Part shown: positions 1 to 11,679 of the stretch, piece after piece
Layout of the letters: every line of letters begins with the position of its first letter
Position numbering within the stretch: the first letter of the stretch is position 1
From: Podarcis pityusensis
Lineage: Eukaryota
Strand: one strand, 5' to 3'
DNA: 64,000 nucleotides
Assembly (NCBI GenBank): GCA_964106645.2
Contig: OZ067040.1
Position numbers and translations under genes: made by a program
Notes under the pieces: model-generated
Told to the model about the DNA's origin: nothing
Databases searched by the model: none
What the model saw: the letters and a program-made list of their open reading frames with translations, nothing else

Positions 1-849
1 AGCCAGGCCTCATTTATGTGACCTTCATAAACATTTTTTGTCAGAGGTTTAGCCAGTTTAATGCCTGAAATGTGTGTCATATACCTCTGGAGCAACTACA
101 GTTTAAAGAGCATCAAACCCTTTTAGGGGGGGAATAAAAATCCACATTCAAGATATTATCTCTGCATCAACTAATTCTCCCTAAATCTGATTTTCATTCG
201 AGTCTGGGCCCTCATTTATGAAAGCAGATGCAACATAATTGCTTAATATACCAGCGACTTTGTATCCACTGGTTCTAATTCCCTGTCAGTCTTCCTTACC
301 AAAGGATGATCTTTTCCCTCCCCAGCTCCTGGCCGCTGTGTCTGTGCTTGGAAAGCCTTTTATAGTGTTATAAAGGCTTTGCCTATTGGCTTCACTGCAC
401 AAGTGGGCGACTGCAAATTTTTACTAGGGTTGCTTTCTGCAGTGTGTGTCATCATTATGCCCACTTCTAGATCTTATTTGTTTACAACTTTAGCTGAAAG
501 GTCGCAACAGGGACAGTTGGTGATTTTGCAATTCCACAAATTAATTTATATTTTCACCTCTCCATTCTTGGGCTATACTTTTCTTACTTATCTGGAGCTA
601 CCAGCTTCAATTCAATCATTTCATTTCTAGAAAGCAATACCTGGCTCTGGTCCATTTTTGCTATGGAGAACATTCCTAGCATGTGGAGATGCTGTTCATC
701 CCTAAATGTGTCAGGGAACTATGAATGTCTTTTTTGCTTCTCACCCCCACCCGCAAAAAAACTGCAATTCTGCAGGAGGGGCACTTGTTCCCTTTGCATT
801 TTAAGAGAGGGTGTAGAAAACGTTAACTCTTTGGTCTGCAATCCACAAA

Positions 850-1830
850 ACACTTGTCAGTGCTGCTTCTCAGACTGAAAACATTTAATCTGCGGGTCGC
901 TCCGAGAGCAACTCGCGTGCCAGAAGTTTCGCCCGCGTTTCTGCTTCTACGGACCACTTTCCTCACAGAGGAGCCTCAGAATATGAGAATATGCGGAGGA
1001 ACACGAGCCAACAAGGCGCCCCCGCGCATTCTATAGTACGGGGGGGGGGCACATTTGCGCTCCTAAAGGAGGCGATGCATCTCCTCACAAAGTTGGGAGT
1101 GGGAGGAAAAGAGAGCCAAGGCGCGCGAATGCCTTCGGTTTTCAAAGGGCCCTTGTCATCTCGGCCGCCCCCCCCCCTTTTCCCTCCTCCCGCTTGAGGC
1201 ATATGACAATCTGCCATTAGCTCACTCCCGCATTCCCCAGAGCTTGGGGGCCAGCCAGCCAGCACAACAAGCAGCATCTGACACCAAGCGGCACTGCAGG
1301 GCCAGGAGGAGCGCGCGCCCGTTCCCCGCCCACCGCCGTCGCAAGCAAAACAGCCGCTTTTGCTCCTCGTTCCCCACCCCTCGCGCGCGCGCGCGCACAC
1401 ACCCTCTCACACGTGCGAAGCTGCTCCTTTGAGGGCAGCCAATCCGGACGCCTCTCGTAGGCTGGCTGGAAAGGCGGCCAAGTGCCCCCCCCTCCCCAAT
1501 AATGCCGCCAGCGGCTCTTCCTCACAACTTTGCAAGGGGGGGGGGTTGTTTGCTCCCCTCCTTCGCAGCATAGTGTCCCAGGCCACCTCCCCTCCCCGCC
1601 CTGGGTGTTTCCGACGCCACAGAGAGCGTCGCCTGAAATGTTGTTACACAAGGCGCCGGGGCCTTATGCAAGGAGAGCGAGGAAGAGACGGAAGGTGCCG
1701 CCGGCAGACAGAAAGGCAGGAGGCGAGCCGAGAGCGAAGGGGAATATGGGTAGAGGGGATGCGGCGGGGGGATTTGAAAGGGCAACGGGAGAGGGGGGGG
1801 GATTGCGAAGGTTGCGCTTTGGTTTCTGCT
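850..1830 (+). promoter_or_regulatory. CpG island / HEBP2 promoter region
   Basis: High GC and CpG density against an AT-rich background. Contains a CCAAT box (AGCCAATC ~1437-1444), an E-box CACGTG (~1409-1414), GC-box-like C runs and a (CG)n run at 1382-1396. Lies just upstream of the first HEBP2 coding exon. Confidence 0.8.
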
Positions 1831-2037
1831 TTAGGGAAGCTGCGCCTTAAAAAATAAAAATAATACTAGGCGCAGCTTCTTGCAATACATTTCCATACTG
1901 GGGAAAATGTTTGCACCAGTTGATTTTCTGCATACTCCGTTGAATACAACGGGACCGGCTCCGAGGGAAGAGATGTGCAGGTGCACATGCAATATGTGGA
2001 AGGGAAGCTCTAATGTCGTTCCTTTTCTCCACCCAGG

Positions 2038-2112
2038 ATGCTGAAGACTATAAAACAAGCCCTCTTCTCTACTGGGCTGGAGATGCCCAAATGGACAGCA
2101 CTGCCAAACCAG
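2038..2112 (+). CDS. HEBP2: HEBP2 coding exon 1 (MLKTIKQALFSTGLEMPKWTALPNQ)
   Basis: ATG at 2038, preceded by a pyrimidine tract and acceptor (ccttttctccacccag|G). Donor CAG|GTGACC at 2113, phase 0, in frame with the next exon. The E.PxW motif is typical of SOUL N-termini. Confidence 0.85.
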
Positions 2113-3654
2113 GTGACCAGCGTTTATGGTTGTTGTTTTTAATGACTGGAAGGTGACTTTCCGCTTAATCCTTGATCACGTCCAGTAAGTGGAAGGGGAA
2201 GAGATTTGTACACATGCATACACACGTCCCTGAGCGGAGTCCTAAACACAAATTGCTTGACTAAATATGTGATCGAGTGGGACACCTAAGCAGGGGTTCA
2301 TTAGGTATGAGAGTTCCCTATTACAGCTGGAAATATCACTGTTGCCAAAAAGTCTAAATTTTGGCTTCAGCAAGACTTCACTGGAAGATGCAAGAACTAA
2401 TGCAAGTATCCCAGGGAAAATAACATGAAAACATCCAACAGGCATAATTTAATATAGCATTGCCCCCTCCCCTGGGTATTATCCTAAGCCCCTCTGTTGA
2501 CTCCACATTTTGTCTATGTATTGACAAATGTAGTAGGTGGATGTAAAGGGTTTTTTAATGCACAAGGAGTGCTTTGAAAGCAAAGTTATGAGGTACTGTG
2601 GTTGAGTAATGCAACAGTGTAAATGAGCTTGATTAACCTAGTATTATTTTTGAAAATACCTTCAGATTGCTATTTAAATCTATATGTCATTGATTAAGGA
2701 AAACCTTGCATTACTGAGAGAACCTGGTTTGAACTCTGTTAACATGGCTTCATACTGCAGTCATTTCTGAAGATTTAAATGTTAGGAAATTGTTCATCTC
2801 ATTCCAGAAAATATGTCTTGAACACCATGCATTTTTTCTTGGTAAAAATAAATATTTACAAATTTACAACTAACACATCTTTAAAATGTTAAATGTTGCA
2901 GGTTTAAAAGTTCTTAACATGTTTACTCATCAGTGGCTGAAGGAAATATATTTGTTCAGAAACAAATTTTAATGCTGATCTCTTCTAGGACAAAAGATTG
3001 TAGAAGTGAACTTTGGCTTATAATCCTTCTAACTGTGTGGTCTTCAGCCTTTGAAGGTTGAAAACAGTGGGCTAGGAAAGCAAGGAGGGAGAAATGCATG
3101 CTAAGGTGCTGTGAGAGGAAAGCTAGCCAGATATTGGGATCCTGTTCTCAAGTGGATCATCCGATTGTGTATTGCAACATTGGTGCTCAATTCCCACAAA
3201 CACTTCCTTATTGCCAAAGTAAACAGCAAGCTCATGTAACATTTCTCCCAACTTTTTTTAAAAAAGAAGATCGGCTGGGGTTGGGGAGGGGAAGACCGCT
3301 GGGGTGAAGAACAACGTAACCCTCTTCCCTCTGCAGGGGCCTTGCTATGTATTTAAAAGATCTGAGAGCACAATGCAGTAGCTCCCCACCCTCTCTATTC
3401 ATGAGAAATGGGGTCGTGTGGTGGTGGTGGTGGGGAGCTGAATGTTCAGAAATATTCAGCTGGCACCTGCTCTTGTTTTTTAGGTGCTTTCATGGGATTT
3501 TCCAAATTACCATGTTGCTTCTGCTATTTCTTTCACTGGGCCGTGTGGCTGGATGAATTTTAATTTAAGTTTTTATTTGATCATTGTTAGTGGTTTTATA
3601 AACCGCCTCAAAGACTCAGTCCCGAAAAGGCAGAGTGCCTATACTTCAAACAAA

Positions 3655-3790
3655 TTTTAGACCAGGGTTCAAATCCCCACTCACCCCATGAAGCTCACTG
3701 GGTGACCTTGGTTCAGTCACTGCCTCTCGGCCTAACCTCCCTCACAGGACTGTTGTGGGAAGTAATTAAAGAGCAGGGAAAACCTTGGGG
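3655..3790 (+). mobile_element. CORE/MIR-like SINE fragment
   Basis: B-box ggttcaaatccc followed by the core gggtgaccttggttcagtcact..ctcacagga. Confidence 0.6.
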
Positions 3791-4938
3791 AAAAATGTGG
3801 GATATAAGTAAGTAAATATTCTCCAGGATTTGTCATTGGTCCCTTGAAGACATACCAGGAGGGCAACTGTTGCATTAAGGGAGCCCCAACTGTTAAGGGG
3901 CAGCTGGGTCTCCTCCAGGCTCCCCGATTACTGCTTCCCTTTTTCTTCAAACCATTGATTGCCATGCAAAACTTCCAGTGGCAACCCAAACAGTCCAGCA
4001 GATTGTGGTCTTCCAACAAGATGGATGAAGAAAAAACTCTGTGGCACATTTATTCCTCCTCCTCCTGCCCAAATACACTTAAGGACTGAACCTGGCCTTA
4101 CCATGTGATGCTGCAGCAGAAACGTCTTCAAATACTTACAAAGTTCTTCAGCAGCTGTGCTGGTGGGCCCAGTGCTTTCCTTTATAGTGCTGGGGGTGAA
4201 GCGTTTGCAGTCACTGTTGCCGCCACCATCTTCCTTATTTCTCAATGCTGCTAAGCTCTGCGGCATCTCCTGCCCCCAAATATACACATCAGGAGTGAGG
4301 CCCTGATTCACTGAGAATAACAAAGTTATTTTATTTATTTACTACTCTTTATATACCATATTTCCTCCAAGGTGGCAAACATAGTTCTCCCCTGCCCATT
4401 TCATCCTCACAACCACCCTGGGACCAGACAATACGTTTTTAAAAAGAGAAGACCTGGGACACTCAAAGATGACTTGTTTACCTGGGATTAACAGTGCCTG
4501 GGGTTAGTGGTCATTTCCCCACTCAAAAATTGTCTTCTACAAGCTATTTTTCCATCATGGAGAACAGTGAGCTTTCACTATTTAGTTGGGAAAACAGCAG
4601 GAAGGCCATTTTTAAAGGGAAACTGACCAGAGGAGAAAAAGTTAATCAGTTCCTCCTCCTCCTCCTCCTCCCCCCCCCCTTTCAATTGCTCTGGGTGGCA
4701 ACCACCTATTACTACTATTCATGAAAATAAAAGCAGTATCAAACTGCATCTGCTATGTGGAGTCTACTTTGGTCCTAAGCTCTTGATCTGAAGGAGTGTG
4801 TATGGGATCAGTTTGCAGAATAGCAATGGGTAAATGACTAGTGAGATAAAATCGAGGAAAGAGATTGGTTTTGTGTGTTTTTGTAACAATTCACAGCCGT
4901 TATCACAATACGCATTGTGATAGGCATTTCCTCTAGAG

Positions 4939-5117
4939 CAGGGGTAGTCAACCTTTTTATACCTACCACCCACTAATGCATCGTTCTTGATGGTAAAATT
5001 TCCTTACCGCCCACCAGTGCTCGATGGAAGGAGGATTCAGCGTGTGCCGTAGATCCCCCTACCGCCCACCTAGAATCCTGAAACGCCCACTAGGTAGGGA
5101 CCAGGTTGACAACCCTG
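4939..5117. mobile_element. hAT-type MITE in HEBP2 intron 1
   Basis: TIRs caggggtagtcaacct / aggttgacaaccctg. 8-bp TSD ctctagag / gtctagag (7 of 8 match). Confidence 0.8.
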
Positions 5118-5258
5118 GTCTAGAGATAGGGAACACACTTTCATTTACTCGTTTTTAGTTGTGGTTCCTACTTTTAAAGAGTTCCATATCTATGCAGAGT
5201 TTATTGTATGAAAATTACTAGGTAACAAGTCTTGATTTTTGTTTTTTCCCCTCTTAAG

Positions 5259-5394
5259 GCTTCTGATTATGAAATTCGACAGTATGAACCAGCCAAATGG
5301 GTTTGCACATCTGTTAAAACTGTGGACTGGGATTCAGCTATCAATACTGGTTTTACTAAGCTCTTTAATTATATTAAGGGCAAGAATGAAAAAG
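5259..5394 (+). CDS. HEBP2: HEBP2 coding exon 2 (ASDYEIRQYEPAKW...YIKGKNEK)
   Basis: Acceptor ttttttcccctcttaag|, donor AAG|GTAAGG, 136 nt. SOUL motifs visible in ORF 5232..5540. Confidence 0.95.
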
Positions 5395-5795
5395 GTAAGG
5401 TGTGTTTTGCTCTACTTGTGTTTCCCTTGAAATCAGCTTCCCTTTGGCGGGAGACAAACACTAAGCACACATTCTTCATCTTCTTCTTGAAAATATACCT
5501 CAGGTGTGTCTTTTTGGTGGGGGAATGTGAGAAACAGTAAAGGAGAGAATCCAAATTTTTAACTAAAAACCCAACATCCCAAAGGAATTTTAGTGTTGGA
5601 AAGCACAGGTGATGTCATCTAGTTCAGCCTTTTTTCAGGTTGAGGTTCTGATCACTCTGGTGTGGATGAGAGATGCTCTTGCTTCCTTCATACCCCCTGC
5701 AATCTTAGCAATCTATTCCTGTTTTATTCCATCCTTTCTTTGGTAATGTTTTGATAATGTGTTAAGTGTAGCTAGTAATATCTTGCCTCTTGCAG

Positions 5796-5976
5796 GAGTA
5801 AAGATAGACATGACAGCTCCAGTGACATGCTATGTGCAGCCAGGCGCTGGCCCGTTCTGTGAGTCCACAACAACCGTCTCTTTTTACGTGCCACCTCAAC
5901 ACCAGGCAAATCCACCTAAGCCATCAGAGGCAGATGTCTTCATTGAAACGAGGCCAGCAATTACTGTGTTTGTCAG
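5796..5976 (+). CDS. HEBP2: HEBP2 coding exon 3 (GVKIDMTAPVTCYV...ITVFVR)
   Basis: Acceptor cttgcctcttgcag|, donor CAG|GTAAGC, 181 nt. Contains the MTAPV motif. Confidence 0.95.
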
Positions 5977-7212
5977 GTAAGCATGTGTGTCTATAACCTG
6001 CAGCAGGTGTGGAGAAGTACAGCTCCCACTTTCCCTAGCCATTGGCCATGCTGGCTGAACTGTAACTCCCATCAACCCCAAGACTACCTCCGTGTGGCCA
6101 ACACCATTTTTGTAATTTATCTTGGAAAATGTCTGCTAACTTTGACTGCCACCTTGTGGTAACTGTGTCAAGGTTTTATGTGTTTCATGAAGGTGCAGAT
6201 ATGGGAGGTGGAAGAAACTGGAAAGAAAAACTGCTGAAATTAGAAGTTTAATAAACCTTCTTGGATGCTTTAATGGGGAAGATGAGCCATTTTCCCCATT
6301 AATATTTTTGCTACACTTCTTACTGCTTTGTGGAGCTGTAAAAATCCAAACTGCCCTTCAGGCGAGCCACACAGTCCTGGTGAAATGTATTTGTGTAAAC
6401 AATAGCTTTCTCCAGTAGCCTTCTCATTTCTTCTTTCCCTTAAAAGTGAGCTCAAAACTGGGGCCTGCATGTTCTTGCTCACATATGTAGTGTCTGTGAC
6501 ATTAAAAGCTGTTTTATATATACTGACAGGCTCTACAAAAACCTTGGAAATCGATGTCTGCATTATGAGGAGGCACTGTGATGGGTGGTTTTGTCTCCAC
6601 AAATTCATATATATATGAATGAACTGGTGCCTTCATGTCGGTGCTCCATCCTGGCCCAGGTTGCAAAAGAACTGCAGTGATTTTTTTGAGACACTAGTTA
6701 TTAAAATCATAACCCGCTGTGTAGACAGCTTCCATGTAGCTACGCTGGTTCACACAAACGTTGTGTCCAAGAAATTACTGCCCAAACTCAAGCTCAGTGG
6801 CATTGTCACAGGATCTAGCCATGCATGTGAAGTGGCTTGTAGAGTTTCCCATGTTCCCACAATGCAGGCCATATAAGTTACTGCTGTCCCTGCCTGTAGA
6901 AGGAGATTGAGCAGTTGCCACACAGCAGCTTTCAAAATGTATAGACGAGAATGTTGCAGAGCAAGAATCTTTGAATCCCTCTGCAATGAAATGAAAAGGA
7001 TTCTTGTTTCCTCAACATAAATTTAGTTACATATAAATTAAATCACTGATTTGGACCATCGTAGGTAGAAAAATTTACTAATACTGGTTTATGCGTGTTG
7101 ATTCCATGTGGCTTGCCTACATTTGTCTATCACGTACACAGGTGTTCTACGTAGAACATAAAACAGTAGTCTCAACACATACAGAATACTTTGTTTTTTT
7201 TGTTCTCAACAG

Positions 7213-7390
7213 ATCTTTTGGAGGATTTGCCAATGCCAAAAAGAACCAGGATGAAATACTGGCACTTGCTGAAAGTCTGAAGCGGGATGGAAAAACTTTT
7301 CAAGAAAAGGTCTATTATACTGCTGGCTATGATAGTCCATTTAAATTGCTGAACAGACACAATGAAGTCTGGCTTATCAGGAAAAGCTAA
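7213..7390 (+). CDS. HEBP2: HEBP2 coding exon 4 (SFGGFANAKK...NEVWLIRKS*)
   Basis: Acceptor ttttttgttctcaacag|, SOUL C-terminal motif YYTAGYDSPFKLLNRHNEVW, TAA stop ending at 7390. Confidence 0.95.
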
Positions 7391-7537
7391 AACCTCAACA
7401 ATTCAGATTATAGCCTTAATAACCATAAGTGTCCTTAACTAAATATATTTCCTAATATTTTCCTACTTAGCCCATTGCCTTAATATCTATCAGTGCCAAT
7501 ATAATACTTGTTTCGCAATGTTTATATATAACTATAT

Positions 7538-7543
7538 AATAAA
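7538..7543 (+). terminator. Candidate proximal polyadenylation signal (AATAAA) of HEBP2
   Basis: Canonical AATAAA ~150 nt after the stop codon. Another AATAAA at 9213-9218 could serve a longer UTR. Confidence 0.5.
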
Positions 7544-7844
7544 ACTTCCAAGTGGTTTACAAAAATGTAAGATGGCTGTATAGGTTGCTATAGTGTGGCT
7601 GCATGTGCAGTCATGCATCACAGTGAACATGTGACCAGCCTGGCTCTTTCTGCAGGCAATTTCTCTGTCCTTATAGCTGGCTCAACTCCACTGACGTCAG
7701 TATGGGAACATTATAGCTTCTGAACTGCTATGCAGATTCCATACTCCTAAGGCACGGGTAGGAAACAAGACATAAGCAGTTCTCAGTTGATTAGGGTGGC
7801 AGAAGGTAGGAATGCACAGGCCCTGATCTCTGATTTTAACTAAC

Positions 7845-7933
7845 GCATGTTGGGCACAAGATTCCTGCATTGCAGAGAATTGGACTAGATTACCCTCGTA
7901 GTCCCTTCAGTCTCTCCAATTCTGTGATTATAT
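7845..7933 (+). mobile_element. Fragment of the CR1-tailed SINE downstream of HEBP2
   Basis: catgttgggca..gattcctgcattgcag..ttggactagat..gtcccttc..ttctgtgatt matches the 3' half of 38256-38409. Confidence 0.55.
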
Positions 7934-10147
7934 GTTCCTTTTTACTGCAGCCTTTTAAAAACAGTAGTTAAAGGGCCCATTTCAAAAGGAAGGAAGCCAG
8001 GCCTCTTCAGATGTCCTGTAATACAGTTATGGTCTCAATGGCCCAATTACTAGGGCATTAAGGACCTCCACTGTTGCCCCTTCAGTAATCATATTCTGGG
8101 GTAGAAAACTGATGCTTTAATGGGGAAAAGGGGCTTACTGTAGCCTTTGTAATATTTTAAATAATATTTTGTAATATTTTTATCCATATTACTTCTCAAA
8201 GTTACAGGAATCATTTAAAACCTTTACCATTTTAATATCTAAACTGAGACTAATTTAGATCACGCTGACATTAGTTTTAAGTTTTTGCCTTTGGGCACTT
8301 GAAAGGAGGGGGAAATGGCCCTCCGACCAATTATGTGCCTGCCTTAATGTTCCTTCTCACATTATAGATACATCAAGAGATCTTTCATAGAAACCTATGT
8401 GCCATGTTGCCACAGTGAAGATGCAGCGTAGGTCAGCTGGAGGGTGGTGCTGGAATAGCCACTTACATGGGCATATTTTCGTGGGGAAGACAACATGTGG
8501 TGCCCGTTCTCCAATACTTTATATTAAATGGACAAACTGTGTAATTTCCAGCAGATTAAAATATTCAGTTATTAGGCTTTTGAGGGCTTTTCGCCTTTGG
8601 AATTTTGTAAGGTGCTATATAATAATTTTTAAGTTGTATAAAGTGTGACTTTTGTAAAACCAAAATGTTAAATCAAATAATTGACACTGAAAACTTCTGA
8701 CGCTGATGTTGCCAAACTGTAGTGCTGCTCCTAGCAAATAGATCACACACGTGAAGACGTATCAAAAATAATATGAAGGGGTAGTGTTTACTTGCACATT
8801 TAAGTTTTAAGCTCTTAAATGTCGCTAGCCAGAAAAGCCTTGTGCTTGTACTGAACACACAGATGAGCTTGACAGTGGACTTGAAACCTTTTGACAGGCT
8901 GTCAATCTTTAGAAAGATATAGCATCTGTGGGAACGTGTGAATTAACAGGAAAGGCTGAATGTTGTTACTTTCCTATACACTTAGCTTTAAAAAATTTTT
9001 TTGCCAGTTAATGTATCTGCTAATGCGAGATGCTAATAGTCTGTGCAATCTATTTACACCAGCAGCTGTGACAGATGAATGGAAAACACAATGGATGTTT
9101 TCTTAGCACCTGCTCTAACAGAAACCAGCAGCTTTGTTCAGCTGCAGAGAGAAATGCTACAAAGCTGCCTATTTCAGTGGTAATAATATAAATAATGTGT
9201 CCCATTGTCGCCAATAAAATTTGTCATTAATAAATACAACTAATTTTTTAAAAAATAGTTTCCTTTGTTCTGAGGATATCATAATGGTGTATTTTTCCAG
9301 CATCCATAAACATGAGGCTTTGGGAAGCAAAAAGTGTTCATTTATCAATTCCCCCTTACTTTGTAACAATTTACATGTTTTAGAATGTAGAGGACACAAC
9401 ATGAGTTGGAGGAGAGAAGAGGGGCGACTGTGTAGTTCCCTGAAAACAACCATTAGACACACTTAGAGCTGGATTCAACAAATGCAGCACACTAGGAGAA
9501 GCCCCTGCTAGCTCAATGGGGTCTTCCTCATTCCCCCATGCCTCCCCCAATCCACTCTGGAGGATCAGCAGAACCCCCAGAGGAGTATATGGGGTGCGAA
9601 GATGGGGGCAGGATCCTCCTGTTTGGCAAATAGAAATGCTTGTGTTGATGGAACGATGAGAAGAGTATGACGTTGAATTCCTCCCTGAGCAAGGAGAGCA
9701 GAAAAAACGTATTGCTGTGCAGCTTAGGAAGCAGAGGCTCAGTTATGGAACTAGATAGGGCATGATCCACGAAATCTAATAGCTGTGATCCAGTGGCCTC
9801 AGTTTACACACAGGGAAATACCATTCCTTTTTGAGAGAGTCTAACTTTTGGCACACCTAATGAGAAATCACCATATTTGCACAAAGAGCTTCTCTTGAAT
9901 AGAAAACTATGTTAGGGGCTTTGGATTTTGACCAGCAGGCTCAATCCCATCTATGCCTCCTTGTGGTTGATCAATTCTTACCCCCTTTAGTAAGACCATA
10001 AGCATGTGTTCCGACCTACCTATTCCTCATGTTCAAGCCTGCCACAAACCCTTGCTCTGCCAGGCTAGCGTTCAGTATAACAGCACCCCCAGATTTTCAA
10101 GTGTTGCATTATTAACTCTAGCCACAAGATGACAAATGGCAGCCTTG

Positions 10148-10153
10148 TTTATT
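10148..10153 (-). terminator. Candidate NHSL1 polyadenylation signal (AATAAA on - strand), implying a ~1.5 kb AU-rich 3' UTR
   Basis: tttatt on the + strand at the end of a U-rich stretch (10150-11679) downstream of the NHSL1 stop. Confidence 0.55.
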
Positions 10154-10506
10154 GATGCAGTCACAGGATTGTCCCCATCCCCTCCTCGAGTTGAGTGAAG
10201 GCCACTAAAATTTATAGAACTAACAAAGAACAGAGATGGAGAGAAAAAGAGCCAAGTGTTTTTCATCAAAATAAATTATCTACATAGAGGAGGGTTGTTT
10301 TTTTCTTTAAAAAATGTAAAAATGTAAAAAGTCCAACACTGGTAGGGCAAAGGCTACCTCAAGAACTTGTATTATGTACAAACATTATAAAAACAGAAGA
10401 CTAGCAACTTATTCAAAATTCATTTTCCAAAAAACCCAACAATCCTGTGATCAAAATCACAGCGGATATTTTAGCTATCAGTTATATTCTTTACAAATAA
10501 GAAAGT

Positions 10507-10533
10507 TATATATATATATATATATATATATAT
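10507..10533. repeat. (TA)n microsatellite in the NHSL1 3' UTR
   Basis: Seen directly. Confidence 0.95.
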
Positions 10534-11679
10534 TTAAACACACTGGTAAAGACTCAATAAAATTAAGCAAAGTCTCCTAAATTGTTAAGTTTATTTTCCC
10601 ATATCAAGGAGATGCTGACTGTAGACAAAAAAGTAAAACTAATTGTAGTGTATTCTTTGGTAACCAAAAGTTAGCAAGTGTTTCAATATTCCAAGTGATA
10701 TGTTGCTTAAAACTTTCCCATTTTGACAAATATAAGAAAAACTGGTAATTCCCAGTTTAATTGAAAAGAAAAGGGTACCATTTGCAGTTATATACTATAA
10801 GCTCTCAAATCGAGAAGTTAATGGCCATTTGCTTATTATTATTATTATTATGCAGCACCCCATCCCAGATTTACCTACATCTTCTTTACAAATCGGTAGC
10901 CATTTATTTTAGGTCTTCTATAGGACATCATAACTTCCATTCAAAGAAACAAATTCACCTATGAGGTTTTTTTTCTTAAGAACCCAATAGATGGACTGTA
11001 ATATACCCACAAAGCAGTCACTTCTGTATTACAATAGTGCTTCTTTCCTATTGCGTTTTTAAAAAAAACAGTAATTCAGAATCTGGTCAGCCTGTTTGTT
11101 ATGCTATCATGACATGGTTAGACCAGCAGAGGACCCCCTACACAAACTAGAAGAAACAGTGGGACAACAGCCAACACGGTTAACTACTAGGCCACATATT
11201 CTATCGTTCCCTGCTCAAAAGAGATTACTAGGTTTCATAAATATAACACTTTGAAAGCTGCTGCCACCCTGTACCACAGAAGCTCCCCATTTTCTCTGTA
11301 GGCTTACTTTAATTTTCTACACTCTTAAAAAAAAATAAAAAAAATCACACACAACCCAGAATCTGAAAATATTAGTTTCTGTTTTTTCTAAAGGATTTTA
11401 ATGCTTTAATGGACTGATCTGACTTAGTTCCATTTAAACTAAAAGTCACATCCATTTAAACTAAAAATCGCATCCCTTCGAGCCACATAGAGGTATCAGT
11501 ACTGTAGCATCAATTACCACATTCTAAATACTTGGCGAAGTAAATTGTACTGATTAGGGCTTCCTGCTAAGTCTGGATCATTTTGTATACCTTATGAAAC
11601 CTGTGACATCATAGTGCCTTCTTAATCCTCACCCTTTTTTCAGTTGTTGGCATACATATTTCATTAAAATAATTTTGTA

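Larger units (their letters stand above)
2038..7390 (+). other. HEBP2: HEBP2 (heme-binding protein 2 / SOUL) gene span, ATG to stop; 4 coding exons, 189 aa
   Basis: Exons of 75+136+181+178 = 570 nt join in frame with GT-AG junctions. The product has SOUL-family motifs (YEIRxY..AKW, GF.KL..YI.G.N, I.MTAPV, AGYDSPF.L.NR.NEVW). Adjacency to NHSL1 matches known vertebrate synteny. Confidence 0.95.

Noticed and set aside
963-1857. Many overlapping 60-165 aa ORFs on both strands
   Set aside because: Expected in GC-rich CpG-island DNA with few stop codons. They are low-complexity Arg/Gly/Pro/Ala products with no recognisable domain.
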